From assembly GCF_009914755.1 (NCBI RefSeq), contig NC_060947.1: a stretch of 64,000 bases of DNA; one strand, written 5' to 3'. The notes under the pieces are model-generated. The model did not search any database and was not told the DNA's origin. It saw only the letters and a program-made list of their open reading frames with translations. The position numbers were made by a program, and so were the translations under genes. Of the stretch, positions 27,324 to 41,054 are shown piece by piece (the first letter of the stretch is position 1; the number at the start of each line of letters is the position of its first letter). This DNA is from the human T2T-CHM13v2.0 reference genome, Homo sapiens.

Positions 27324-29165
27324 TCTCTCCCTTTCTTTTTGTATAAATGTGCCATGGCGATGAAAGCTTGTTCGTTCTCTCGATTTTGATGCAGGATTCT
27401 TTGACTGGTCCGGCACACTAAAGACAAGCCGATTAAACAGAGAAACATAATTCCAAAATTTACTACAGTGGAGCCCCCAGTAGACTTAATCCAAGTCGTG
27501 GGGTTTAGTCCATAAAGATTTTCTGCCACCTGATCTAATGCCTCAGCTCCAGGCACAATGGATAAGTGAGATTGAGAGGCTTCAAAAATTTGTTCCTTTA
27601 ATTTAGTTATGTCCAATGATAAATTATCTTCCCTACCCAGAAGGTGTCCTTTGACCACTTCCCATGAATGATCAGTCTCGTTATAGGAATATGGGGTGAT
27701 ACAGAAATCCGAAGTGTTCCAATCACACTGCATTTGCATGCGATGTTCGAGACTCATTACCCGATCTCCAAGCCAAATAACAGCCTGTCTGAAATGATTA
27801 ATTTGATTAGACAATTTTTGATCAATGCCTTGTTAAGAATTCCACATTTGGGTGGAATTGGCTTGCCAATCATTAACAAAATGAGCCATTTGAATAGATT
27901 GATGTAACGCCATTCCGACAGTGGTGGCCAGTGCAGTGACTGTAATTAGGCCCATGATCACAGTGATTAATCTCTTAGATCTTAGACCTTTTTAGAATTT
28001 TTAGATCTCTTTAGAATTCACTGTAACACTTCATTAATTACATGTATCGAAGGGGAGGATTCCCAAGGTCTGGGCAAAGTTACCAGAATCCAGATTCCTT
28101 CTTGAGTTCGAGCCAACATTACACTTTTCTTGGAGTCAAAATGGGAGTTAATACAAGTGTAAATTAATGCATTGGACAGTTTGATTGTTCGTCCAGATTT
28201 TGATATTTCCCACTAACAGCATGTAAGGAGGCTTAACACAACTCCGTATGGGAACAATCAGGTTGGAGGTTAGTAAAGCAGAATGTCTGGATCTACGTTG
28301 ATACTGAGAGAGGGGGACGGTAGTGGGGACAACAGACAGAATAGTTTTCCCTTCCCATACTCGCAGTCCAGACATAGCAATAGCCAATTTCCAAAGTTCT
28401 GGGTGTTCTGGGCTCAGAATGGGGAGTATCATACGAGGCCTCGGGGGGATAATGCCTTTATCTTCCTATTTTTAGGGAAAGAACGAGCTGAACCTCCTAT
28501 GCAAAGTAGAATGATGATTCTCGTTCTCCCAATAAGAAATAAAATAAGCAGCCTCTAGGCATTCCTTTCCACCAGAGGAGCAATTGTTTTTTTAAATAGC
28601 CCTTTGGTGCCTAGTCTATTACTAAACCATATGAGTCATTTTTTAATATTACTGCATGTGAGTTAACACAGTCTTCCCAAATTAATGTTTTAGATGGGTC
28701 CTCAAAACTTTTAGGGCATGGTTTTCCTGAAGGTTTATATTGAAAGTATGGGGTATCTCCCATTACTCCCCCTTTCATTTGTTTTAAAGGAGAAAGGGAG
28801 AGGCCAGAGACCAAATGTCCTGGTTCCTCTGTAGCTGATCTCTCTGGAAGATAAGCAGCCCAGACTTGAGTTTCTAGATGGATACAACCAGGTGCATCTC
28901 CGAGGCACAGAGAGGGGTATTTATAACCCATGGTAACATTAAATGCAGTGCCTTCTTCTCCTGGTTGAGCAGGGCAACGGTCATCTGTGGCTCTAGGCAT
29001 CCACACACTATCGTTAGTGTAGATTTCTGCAGGAGCATCTATCCAGGTGAGAGGTCGAATAAGTGGAGGAAAAGGCACATAAGCCCAATAAGAATAATTA
29101 TGTGTAGCAGGTAAATCAGTGTGACAGGAAACTGGTGAGGCAGAAAGTATAAGGAGGAGAATCAT
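27299..29165 (-). pseudogene. env: HML-8 env remnant (SU+TM) with stops and frameshifts
   Basis: Signal/SU MILLLILSASPVS..NYSYWAYVPFPPLIRP; HPELWKL, CVKPPYMLLVG; [36 protein letters not shown], typical of betaretrovirus-like HML Env. Confidence 0.92.
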
Positions 29166-29725
29166 TAAATAAAACCTAGTGTAAGCGAGATTGAGTGCTG
29201 AAGGAGGAAGAGAAGAACAGAGGATATTTTCAGGCTAATAGAAATGGTGAGATTTTTAGGTTTGTAAGGAGAAAAAGAAAGGTAATTAACAGATGTGGGA
29301 TTAGTTAGATGGGTCTCCATTGCCATCAGGGAGGATTGAATCAGACCCATTTTGATTTGGGATGCCAGCTTCTGAGGAGTTGGCCCAGATCTCACCACGT
29401 CTGAGGGCGGTTTGTGACGTGGACGTCTTTTCCCTGTGGTTTTCATTTGATGATCTCCTGGTGAAACACAAGCATATCCTCCTTCCCACGTTAAGTAGAA
29501 TAAGAGACAATAATTTGAAGGTTTGGGGAAATGCTGTAAGGCAGTAATTACAGAAATTAACTCTGCCTTTTGAGCAGAGGTATAAGGGGTAGAAATAAGC
29601 TTGTCTGTAGGACCTACATAACCAGCATTGCCATTACTGGAGCCATCAGTGAACAGTGTAACGGCCTCAGGAATGGGCTGATCTTTGGTTAATCGAGGGA
29701 CCACCCAAGATGTCATTTTTATAAA
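29165..29725 (-). pseudogene. pol: HML-8 pol remnant: RNase H N-terminal part fused to integrase C-terminus, then env leader
   Basis: TSWVVPRLT..VTLFTDGSSNG..SAQKAEL (RNase H) directly followed by LTWEGGYACVSPG (IN C-terminus, cf. HML-2 WGRGFACVSPG). Confidence 0.88.
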
Positions 29726-32700
29726 ATGATAGTCTGAAATATGTTTTCAAGTTGTTTCCATTTTTCCCATCTCTTTCAGGAACACCAATGAGTTGTAGGT
29801 TTGTCCTCTTTACATAATCCTATATTTCTTGGAGGTTATGTTTGTTCCTTTTTATTCTTTTTTCTCTATTCTTGTATGGCTGTCTTATTTCAGAAAGCCA
29901 GTCTTCAAGCTCTGAGATCCTTTCCTGCACTTGGTCTATTCTGCTCTTAATACTTGTGATTGCATTATGCAATTCTTACAATATGTTTTTCAGCTCTATC
30001 AGGTTAGTTACATTCTTTTCTCTACTGGCTCTTTTATTCTGTCAGCTCCTATATCATTTTATTGTGATTCATAGCTTTTTTGGATTGGGTTTCAACGTAT
30101 TCCTGCATCTTGATGATCTTTGTTCCTATCCATATTCTGAATTCTATTCGTGTCATTTTAGCCATCTCAGCCCTGTTAAGAACCATTGCTGGAGAAGTAG
30201 TGCAGTTTTTTGGAGGAAGGAAGGCACTCTGGCTTTTTGAGTTGTCAGAGTTCTTGTGCTGGTTCTTTCTCATTTTTGTGGGGTTATGTTCCTTCAATCT
30301 TTGAAATTGCTGTCCTTCAGATGGGTTTTTTTCCCTTTTATCCTATCTGATGACCTTAAGGATTTTGTTGTGGTATAAGGTGGATTCAGTCGACTGGCTT
30401 CATTTCTGGAAGATTTTAGGGGGCCAAGGCTCAGATCAGGACTCCTTGACTGCATGCTCTAATGCTGGGGGACTGATATTGGACCCCAGCTTTGTTCTCT
30501 GGCTCCTCAAGGTTAGGAACCTAATGAGCTGGAGGGGCCCAGGTGCTTCTGGACCATTGGTCACAACACTCCAATGGGTGGTGTCAGCCAAAAGGTTTTA
30601 TAGGGCAGTGGGATCCATCCTCATTTGCATGTGTCAGCAGCAGTGGCAGCAGCAGCACGGTGGGATGCATGCTTATCAGCTGTAGCAGGGTGCTAGTGGG
30701 TGCTAGGGTGCCAGCCTCTGGACGGGTATTCGCATCAGCAGCAGAGACAGCATCACTTGGGGTTGGGGACAAAGGGGGCCCCTGCTGGTGACTGTGCATG
30801 TGGTCATGCTGGTGGTGGTGGTAGCGTGGGGGCAGGGCACTCGTGGGCACAGGACTGTGTATGCCCTCTGTGCACTTTCATGCAGGTGGAAGTGGTGCTC
30901 AGGGTGGGGGCAGGTCCGCTGTTCTCCATGCCTATTTTCACTCAGCGGCAGTGTTGGCGCAGGGGCAATGTGCTGGTAGGGGTGGGGCTGGCAGGCCCTG
31001 TGCCTGCCAAGGCTCCAACTGCAATGGCAGTATGGCAGGGGCTTGAGGTGGAGTGCATTCATGCCAGCAGCAGTGGCAGGGCAGGGTGCATGTGCATACA
31101 TGCGATGGCTGGGAAAGAAAGGCAAGATCCCTCCATGCCCAGCCATGCAGGCAAAGCAATGTGGGGGATGACTGTGGGCATGGGGGAAACTGCAGTGGTG
31201 GGAGGGAGCAGGCAGACTGGTGCATGTCTGCAGGGGCTGTTGTGTTGGAGCTCTCTGCTGGCCAGGCACAGTCCCCAGCACAGGAACTATAATACGGGCA
31301 CCCAGGGTGCCCAAGGCTGCATTGCAAGCAGGTGTGGCCAGGCTGGGGCCCCAGGAGAGGCCAGCAGACCAAGGGGTGCTCACGTTCTTGGACTGATCCC
31401 ATCTGATGGGAAAGAGCACCCTGCAGGGTTCGGGTTCGAAAGTTCTGCTAGGGCTAAAGTCTTCTATGGGAGCAAGTCCAGCCTAGGGGGATGGGCGTCA
31501 CTGGCTGTGCTGCACTACAGACACTCCCACACCAAACCCTCTGGGCTCTGCAGAGGCTGGAGTGCTTCTCCTAGCACTTCTCTAGGCAGCTCTCCCTGCC
31601 AACTCAAGTGTCTGTGGTGGTCAAGGGGTGTCCTCCTTCTGGGATTCCAGAGGCCTGTGGCAAGATCAGGTTGCTCATTGCCAGTTCAACTCACCCTTTT
31701 CCCTGGAGTCACTAGGGGACAGGAATGAGACCTGGTGCACAATAGCCCCACGCAGTGTTCCCAGCTTCCTCCCCATTCATCCCAGCTTCTGTGTCTTCCC
31801 TGCATCCACGCTCAGTGTTTTCCCTCTGAAGATCTGTTAGGAGTGTGCCAGTGGTCCCACTTCCTCAGTGGCAGTGTTCCACCTGGCTGCATCTAGTCAG
31901 CCATCTTGCCACCAACCTCCAACATTCATTTAAAAGAACACATGAACAAGCTCATCCTTAATAGATACAAATTTTATATCATTCCTTTTTTTCTTTGAAG
32001 TTGAATGTTCTTTCTATTCTCCCCAAGAAATTGTCTTAACATACTTTATGTTTGAAATAGTTTTATTCATCTTGTTATAATTTTCTACATACATCTATGT
32101 CTATCTATCCCCTACCACACACCTACACATGCATATACATATATACATTTATATACACTGAAATTAAATATTGCCATTTTCTGTGATCTTTCATTTGTTT
32201 ATTAAACAAATATTTGTTGATGCTTATTATGTGCCAGACATTGTCCTAATAAATGAAACAGACAAAATTCCCTGCCCTCATTGAACTTACTTTATATTGT
32301 GAGAGATAGTCAATAATATAAAAGATAAATACAATATAAATACAATATAAGCACAATATAAGCAAAATACATATAATTTTAGATATTAAAAAGTTCTAAT
32401 AAGAGAGACAAAGCAGAAAAAGTAGATATATAATGTCAGGTATCAGGTGGTGTTGATATTTCAGATGAGGTGGCCTCTCTGAAAAGGTGACTTTTATATA
32501 CAGATATGAAGGAATTAAAGGACCCAGTTATGTGTATATAAGGGAAGAGCATACCAGATAAAAGGAGAAGCCAGTGCAAACACCTCAAGGCTGGAGCATG
32601 CCTGTCATGTTTGAAGAAGGGCAAGAAGGCTGATGTGGCTGGAGTCAGAAGGAAGATGGGAGCTCTGGAGATGAGCTCAGAGGTTAAGGGTATCTAGATT

Positions 32701-32878
32701 ATGTAGGGCCTTGGAAGATATTTTAAGGATGTTTGGCTTTTACTCAGAGTGATTATGGAGGATTTTCAGCCAAAAAAAATATGTCATCTGACTTAAGCTT
32801 TAACAAAGGATTTTTGGATGCTGTGTTGAAAATTGACTGTGACGGGTGTGAACCAAGACAGGGAGAGCTGTTAGTCAG

Positions 32879-33358
32879 TGTAATGATTTATTTTATGTGT
32901 CAACTTGATTGGGCTAAGGGATGCCCAGATAGCCGGTAATACATTATTTCTGGGTGTGTATGTGAGAGTGTTTCTGGGAGAGATTAACATTTGAATTAGT
33001 AGACTGAGTGAAAAAGATCTACACTCAGTAATGCGGGTGGGCATCATCCAATCCATTGAGGGCCTAGAGGAACAAAAAGGAAGATAAAAGATTAATTCAT
33101 TCTCTCTGTTTGAGCTGGGACATTCATCTTCTCCTGCCCTTGGACGTTGGCACTCCTGGTTCTCAGGCCTTTGGACTCAGACTGAATTACACCACTGGCT
33201 TTCCTGGGTCTCCAGCTTGCAGACGCCAGATTGTGGGACTTCTCAGCCTCCATAATTGTGTGGGCCAATTTGGGTGCATGTATGTGTATGTGTGTGCGTG
33301 TGTGTGTGTGTGTGTGTGTCCTATTGGTTCTGTTTCTTTGGAGAACCCTGACTAATAT
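32879..33358 (+). mobile_element. MLT2B/D-like ERVL solo LTR
   Basis: ttttatgtgtcaacttgattgggctaagggatgcccagatagc...cctattggttctgtttctttggagaaccctgactaata. Confidence 0.88.
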
Positions 33359-33384
33359 GCGAGCTGCTAAATATCTTTTCTGAT

Positions 33385-33862
33385 ATTTTCCTGCCCTACT
33401 TTTTTCCCACCCTACTCTGTATCATGGGAGGTTGACCTACATGGACTACATCAGTGGGCAGCATGGCCTCTGGCTTCCAGTGGGTTCAACCAATGGGGAC
33501 CAGTAGAAGATGAGAGGTAGAGAGAAGAATGAGAAAAAATTTATTCCATTTATTCCTCTGACTTCCTCTCTAGCAAGAGTCACTGCAGGTTGTCTGTGTC
33601 CCTCTACCTAAGGCCATAACTCGTTTCAGGTAGTCCTCCCCCTATAGCTACCCTTTCAGGACTCTAGTAACTGCCCTCTTCTATTTCTTCTTTAGGCCTA
33701 GAGGTAGACATGGCAGAACCCTGACGTGAGTCCCTGGTGCTTCACTATTCCTTGTTAGTTTCCATAATCCTGGACATACTTTTGTAAACATAGTCCCTTA
33801 ATTAAACTCTCTTCACTTACCTCTTCAGTATGCCTTCTGTTTTCTGTTGGGACCTTGACTCT
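33385..33862 (+). mobile_element. LTR33-like ERVL LTR
   Basis: gggaggttgacctacatggactacatcagtggg...ctctggcttccagtgggttcaaccaatgggga...attaaactctcttca. Confidence 0.65.
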
Positions 33863-33864
33863 TG

Positions 33865-34320
33865 ATTATTTATTGTTGTACAAAAGAAATACCCCAAAAC
33901 TTAATGGCTTAAAACAACTGCAATCATTTATTTATTCATGATTTTGCAATTTAGGCAAGGCTTGGAGGGGATAGTTCGTCTTTGTCTCATGTGGCATCAG
34001 CTAGAGTAGCTGGGACTGGAGGGTCCATTTCCAAGATGGCTCACTCACATGACTGATAAGTTGGCTGTCATCTGGGAGCTCAGCTGGGGCTGTTGGCCAG
34101 AGGCTTTGATTCTCCTCCAAGTGGGCTGTTAGTACTTACAGTATAAAGGCTGGGTTCCAAGAGGCAGGAAGCAGAAGCTGCCAGTCTTCTTAAAGCCTAG
34201 GTCTTGAGCTGGCACAGTATCACTTCTATACGCAATTGGCGAAAGCAATGAGAGGCCAAGCCCAGATTCAAGGGAGTAGAGAGGAGCACAGTGAATTTAT
34301 GGGCATCTTTAATGTACTAC
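33865..34320 (-). mobile_element. Old MLT1 (H/I-like) LTR
   Basis: accccaaaacttaatggcttaaaacaac...gtccatttccaagatggctcactcacatg...cccagattcaaggg. Confidence 0.7.
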
Positions 34321-34419
34321 ACTGACTGATACAGAAGGCTGTTGCCATAATCCAGGTGAGAAATGATGATGGCTTGAACCAGATTGATGACAGTGAGAAG
34401 CAGTTGGATCCTGGTTAAA

Positions 34420-34861
34420 CAGTTGACCCTTGAACAATGTGGAGGTTAGGGGCACTGAGCCCCCCACACAGTCAAAAATCCTCATGCAACTTTTGACTCC
34501 CCCTAAATTTAACTACTAATAGCCTACTGTTGAGCAGAAACCTTACAGATAATATAGTCAATTAACATATAGTTTTTATGTTTTATATATATAATATACT
34601 GTATTCTTATAATAAAGTAAGCTAGAAAAAAGAAAATGTTATTAAGAAAATCATAGGAGAGAAAATGTATTTACTATTTATTAGGTGTAAGTGGATTATC
34701 TTAGAGGTCTTCATCCTTGTTGTCTTCATGTTGAGTAGGTTGAGGAGGAGGAGGAAGAAGAGGGGTGCACCTTGCTGTTTCAAGGGGTGGCAGAAGCAGA
34801 AGAAAATCTGTGTCTAAGTGGACCCATGCAGTTCAAACCCAGGCTGTTCAAGGATCAACTG
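34420..34861. mobile_element. Tigger2a/MER28-like non-autonomous DNA transposon
   Basis: Terminal inverted repeats CAGTTGACCCTTGAACA ... TGTTCAAGGATCAACTG|TA, ~440 bp. Confidence 0.88.
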
Positions 34862-34926
34862 TATTTTCAAGAGAGATGATGGGGTTTGCTGATTGGATAT
34901 GAAGTATGAGAGAGAAAGGGAGGAGT

Positions 34927-35368
34927 TGTGTTAATCTGTGTCTTCTGAGAAGCAGATGCCCAGATGCAATTAAGCATGTAAGCATTTTATTATTATTATT
35001 TCCTGTGTGTAAAGGAAACAGGAAAGGAACCAGGGAAATCTGGGAGAGTCATCAGACCATGATGGAAGTCTTACCCTTGATGAGGGAGAGAGGAAGAAAA
35101 GGTTGGGTGGAAGAGTCCAAAACCACCATGCGGTCTAAGGAAGATTTTGCAAAGCCTTTGGAGAATGGTTGGCCAACAAAGGAGTCCTGCGTCTCCCAGG
35201 AATAGGTCTTAGCATCTCTGCCACAGTCAACTGTTGGTAGGGAGCAGCCCCTGGAAGAGATGACCTCAGTATGAATGCAGTGATAGACTTCAAGCACAGC
35301 ATCTGGGGCTTTTGGTCAATTACATTTCCTGTGTAGGAGGCCTGTGAGACACATTCTCATGGCAGCCT
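34927..35368 (-). mobile_element. LTR16-like ERVL LTR
   Basis: cttctgagaagcagatgcccaga...gggagagtcatcagaccatgatg...gggagcagcccc. Confidence 0.55.
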
Positions 35369-36018
35369 CTGGAGTCAAGGACAACTTTAAGGTTTTCAAT
35401 CTGAGTGGCTAAAAGAATGTGAATGCCTTAAGTGAGCTGGGGAAGCGAGTAGGAAGAGCTGATTTGAGGAGGCGTATCAGAAGTATGATTCTGGACATGT
35501 CAAGTTTGAGATATCTATTAGATATCCCAGTAGAAGTATCACATAAGCAACTGGATAAACATGCCTAGATTTCAGGGGAGATTTTCATGTCACAGAAAAT
35601 AAATTAGGGACAATAGGACTCTAAGTGTTAAGAAAAATCTCTTCTTGATGAAGTTACCAGTACTATATTATTAGTATCCAACTGAGTTATCTTTACTGTA
35701 TTATTGGTTATAATTATTATATATCAAACAACACAAATATATATGCAATTTTCATAAATGAAATAATTAGTAAATATAAAAGTAAAATTTTATTGGAAAT
35801 GCATCTCTTTATAAGCTATATCTGTGGATGAATGTCACTTACTGCTAGAAAGAGTTCAGCATCACACTATGTTCCCATTTTTCATACTTATAGGTTTAAG
35901 TGCTTGTTCACATAAATATGCATATTGGAGTAGAAAGAATTTTATTATGGTAGCATCATTTTGGTCTTGAAACTCCTTCTGCATCATATGTCAAAGATAC
36001 TATAATAAACTATTACAA

Positions 36019-36312
36019 ATTTTTTGGAGGCAGGGTCTTGCTCTGTCACCCAGGCTAGAGAGAAGTGGTACAATCTTGGCTCACTGCAGCCTTGACCTCT
36101 CAGGCTCAAGCAATTCTCCCATCTCAGCCCCCCAAGTAGCTGAGACTACAGGCATGCACCACCATGCCTGGTTAATTTTTTAAAAAATTTTTTGTAGAGA
36201 CAGGGTCCACTATTTTGCCTAGGCTGGCCTCAAATTCCTGGGCTCAAGCGATCCTCCTGCTTTGGCCTCTCAATGTGCTGGGATTACAGGTGTGAGCCAC
36301 CATGCCCAGTCC
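36019..36312 (-). mobile_element. AluJ SINE
   Basis: cagggtcttgctctgtcacccagg, cactgcagccttgacctc, gctcaagcgatcctcc are J-type diagnostics. Confidence 0.93.
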
Positions 36313-37909
36313 AAAAATTAATTTTAATGATCAGCTGATGACATTCATAGGTCTCTCAGCAGTTTTGGTGAAAATAAAGAATTGGACACAGTGGTTAGAG
36401 TTATTTGCATTGTCAATGCTAGCCCAAATGTGAAATTATGCCTCTGTTTGATACCTAAAACATTTTTAGTGCCCAGGGCAGTGCACCAGTGGAAGATTCC
36501 AGAAGGGTGAGAGGTGGGCCTTTTATTCGGTAGAGTCGGGGAGGGAAATTGTGAAAAAGGGAGTAGGAAAGGTGGGTCTGCCTATCCATCACAAGTGTGT
36601 CCTCAGGCAGATGTCAGGAGAGAAATTCTGAAAATTGAATCCCTTGAAATCCTTTTGCATACTGGATGGAAAGTCTTCACATATATTTGAGTGGTTGGAA
36701 AGGTTCTCAGACAATGTGCTGGGGTTTTTTTTAGCGGACAATTGGAGTAGTCTTCCAAGGCATATGGGCATAGGAGCACTTTGAGGACCTGATCTGAGAG
36801 ACCATGAGTTGGTGTTGGGCGGGGTCTGTCCTAGCCTGGAGGAAAGTTGTTTTGCTTTGCTGGTGTCTCAGGCCCCGCTGAAGAATAAAGTCCAGGTTTA
36901 GGCTTGGGCCAAAGTTAGGTGAGGGTATTGGAGAAAGCAAACTTATACAGGTGCTAAGGGGGTTGCCTGATGGACATGGAAGATGGGGACTTCTAAGAAC
37001 CCTAGCAATGAGTTAGGCCACTCTGAACCATTTCAAAAATTAAGGCTGGGTGTATGCACTGGGGATGAACTTAGGTTCTGAACAAGCCTTGAAGGGTTGT
37101 GTGAGGAGCAGTGATAGTTAGGATGGGAGGTGGATAAATTGCTTCATTTCAAGAGGTCTGACTCCTTAGAAGACCTCTTCCTACTTCCTTGGACATCATA
37201 AGGTCTCCTCACAGTGAAGGTGGCTGGGAAGCCTGCTATAAGGTGCCCCAGGGCCCATTCCCCCCTTAGTGTCATGGAGAGATCACTGCACTCAAGTCAG
37301 AAGGCCAAAGTTACACCTGCATCTATCCCCACTGTCTGTGTGGACTTTGGAAAACTCCATTATGAGCCCCAGTTTTCTTGCCTCTAAAATGGGAGCAAAA
37401 TATTTACTTCTGCTGCTTTTTAATGTGGTAAAAATCAAAGTTTAATATCCGAATGTGCCTTCTAAATTATGATGCACTGTATAAGTAAAGGCATAAACAA
37501 TTCAATTCGGTGTCAGTGAGTACCTGCTATGTGTCAGGCAGCATGGGGCAGGGAGTGGGGGATTAGACATAGAGGGCTATATGAGGACAGAAACTGCCTA
37601 TGGTGAAAGCCAGATACTGATAAAACTCAAAATAAAGGAAAATGAAAGAGATATACTTGGTGTGCTGGTAAAGCAATCTGGGGCCAAGAGGGGGAGGGGT
37701 AATCAATTTCAACTCAGGGGATCCAGGAAGGTGTATACGGAGGTGGAGGGATTTGCCTTGGGCCACGAAGGCTGAGTGGGAATTTGCTGAATAGAGAAGT
37801 GGGACAAGGGCACCGCAGGCTGAACACCAGCAAGGTGGTAATATGAAGGTGTGGAAATACCTGGAATGTGCAGACGACTGTGGACATATAGATTAGATCC
37901 TCTTTTTTT

Positions 37910-39308
<1,399 letters not shown>

Positions 39309-40645
39309 AGATCCTCTTTTTTTCTTGCTATTTGAAATATTATTGCCGTGAGCACACATACCCATACATATATTCTTATACATTTCTCCAATTATTTTCT
39401 ACATATAAATGTTTAAAACTGAGATTAATGCATCAAAAAGCTCCTTGTAGGCCTTTGCATTCATACCACTTACCATATTACCCTCCAGAAATGTGGTGCC
39501 CCCATCTCCTGTAAGACAGCTCTGGCTTTACCACACTCTTCTCCTGAGCCTGCAATGACTTTTTGTATCAATAGAACAAGATAACAATTTCTGAGGATGG
39601 CGTTTGATCCATGATCTACAACTTGACCCCAAACCTCCTTTTCAATTTTGTTTTTATCTCAGAGGCAGAATACACAGTGGTTAGGAGCGCATCTTTGGAA
39701 GAGGCTGCTTGGCATTGAATCCCGAATCTACTGCTTTATAGATGAGTATTCCTACAAAAGTGACTGAGTCTCTCCCTGCCTTGATTTCCTTATCTCTGGG
39801 GGATATAGTTCCATTAAAATTTGTGAGGGAGCTCATTTTTAGTTGTCAAATTTTCTTATGATGATTAAACATTTTGAGTATTATTTTTCAAAATCTTATA
39901 AAATGTGAGTGTTTTGCCATGATCAGATGCCATGAGGACAATGAATCTGAGAGGCACGGGGAAGGCTGGCAGAGCAGCTTGGACAGAGGCGCTCTTGGGG
40001 TTGGGGAGGAGAAATGAGGGCTGAGATGGTGGTAGTGAAAATGACAAGGGAAAGGGAACCATGTATAAGGATAAGCGGAGAAGGCTAGCAGAGGGAGGGC
40101 TTGGCTGCATGTGAATATCCTGAGGGCTTGAGGCTCCCTTTCGGGTGTGCCTGCTGCTGCCCTCTGCCCACTATCCTTCCAAAGTCTGGGGGATGCTGCG
40201 GTTTTCTTTCACTCTGCCTGTGGGGAAAATATTGGGCTGTATTCAGCATGCTAGGGAGAGCTGAATTTTATTGCCAGCTCACTGCACCACTGGTTTTATC
40301 CCAGCTTCAAAAGTGTTCTTGAACAGCAAATGCCATTTGGAGGAGACTGTCTTTCTCATCCTCCACCTTTGCTCTCCCTTTGCTCATCTTTACTCCTTCA
40401 TTACTGTATCTCTGGGTGTGTACCACAGGTAAGTACCATGGCACATGCTGTGGGGTACATATATAGGAGACAACATGAACTTCATTCTGCAAGGGACACA
40501 GAAGGGCACCTCCAATCAATTCCTCATTGCTTCTTTCCCTAGAAGACTTCAGAAATCACAGCTTTGACAAGGGAAGGAGGGAAGGAGACCACTGGTTGTC
40601 GAATCCCTACTGCTACGTGACAGGTAGCATGCTAGACACTCATAT

Positions 40646-41054
40646 TGTGATGTGTCCCCCACCAGGTTACTTAAGGGTATATGCCCGCTGCTTGAGCCCT
40701 AAAAGCTAGGCCAGGAGCTAAGGCCATGGTACCCAGCTGAGGGACAGGTGTTTCCAAGAACCCAGACATCCCAGAGGGTATCTGAGAACCTACCAAGAAA
40801 AACAGTCCCATTACACACACACACACAGTAGGCAAAGAGCCAGAAAATCAGCTTAAAAGCAGCTTAGAGACAGAAAGTGATATGTGGCTCTACAGCTGTC
40901 CTGCTGCCACCCAGGAGTGTCCCACATCTAGTCTTAATAAAGTCATCTACTCGCCAAGCTGGACTTGTCCGAGTCATTCTTTGGTCTCTTAGCACCTTCC
41001 CAGTTTGGGAGGCAGGAGCAGGTGTTACAGTCCCAAGTTTTTCTCATGACAACA
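40646..41054 (+). mobile_element. ERVL-class solo LTR (LTR47-like)
   Basis: TG...CA ends, ccccaccaggttacttaagggt...gagaacctaccaag...AATAAA at about 40936. Confidence 0.65.

Larger units (their letters stand above)
21665..31915 (-). mobile_element. Near full-length L1PA11-13-like LINE-1 (~6.8 kb excluding the ERV), ORFs disrupted
   Basis: 3' end at 21665 (aagttcaggggtaaatgtgcaggtttgttac); ORF2p pieces [55 protein letters not shown]; ORF1 at about 25.7-26.3 and 29.7-30.3 kb; GC-rich 5'UTR to about 31915; degenerate TSD ccatcgacattc/cctccaacattc. Confidence 0.93.
32195..35585 (+). mobile_element. L2 fragments split by nested LTR and DNA elements
   Basis: aacaaatatttgttgatgcttattatgtgccagaca; gcctgtcatgtttgaagaagggcaagaaggc; aatccaggtgagaaatgatgatggcttgaacc; ggacatgtcaagtttgagat. 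Confidence 0.7.

Noticed and set aside
30700-31728. Longest ORF (342 aa, +), antisense within the L1 5'UTR and superficially ORF0-like
   Set aside because: GTG start, GC-rich stop-poor repeat sequence with overlapping ORFs in several frames, and no recognisable domain.
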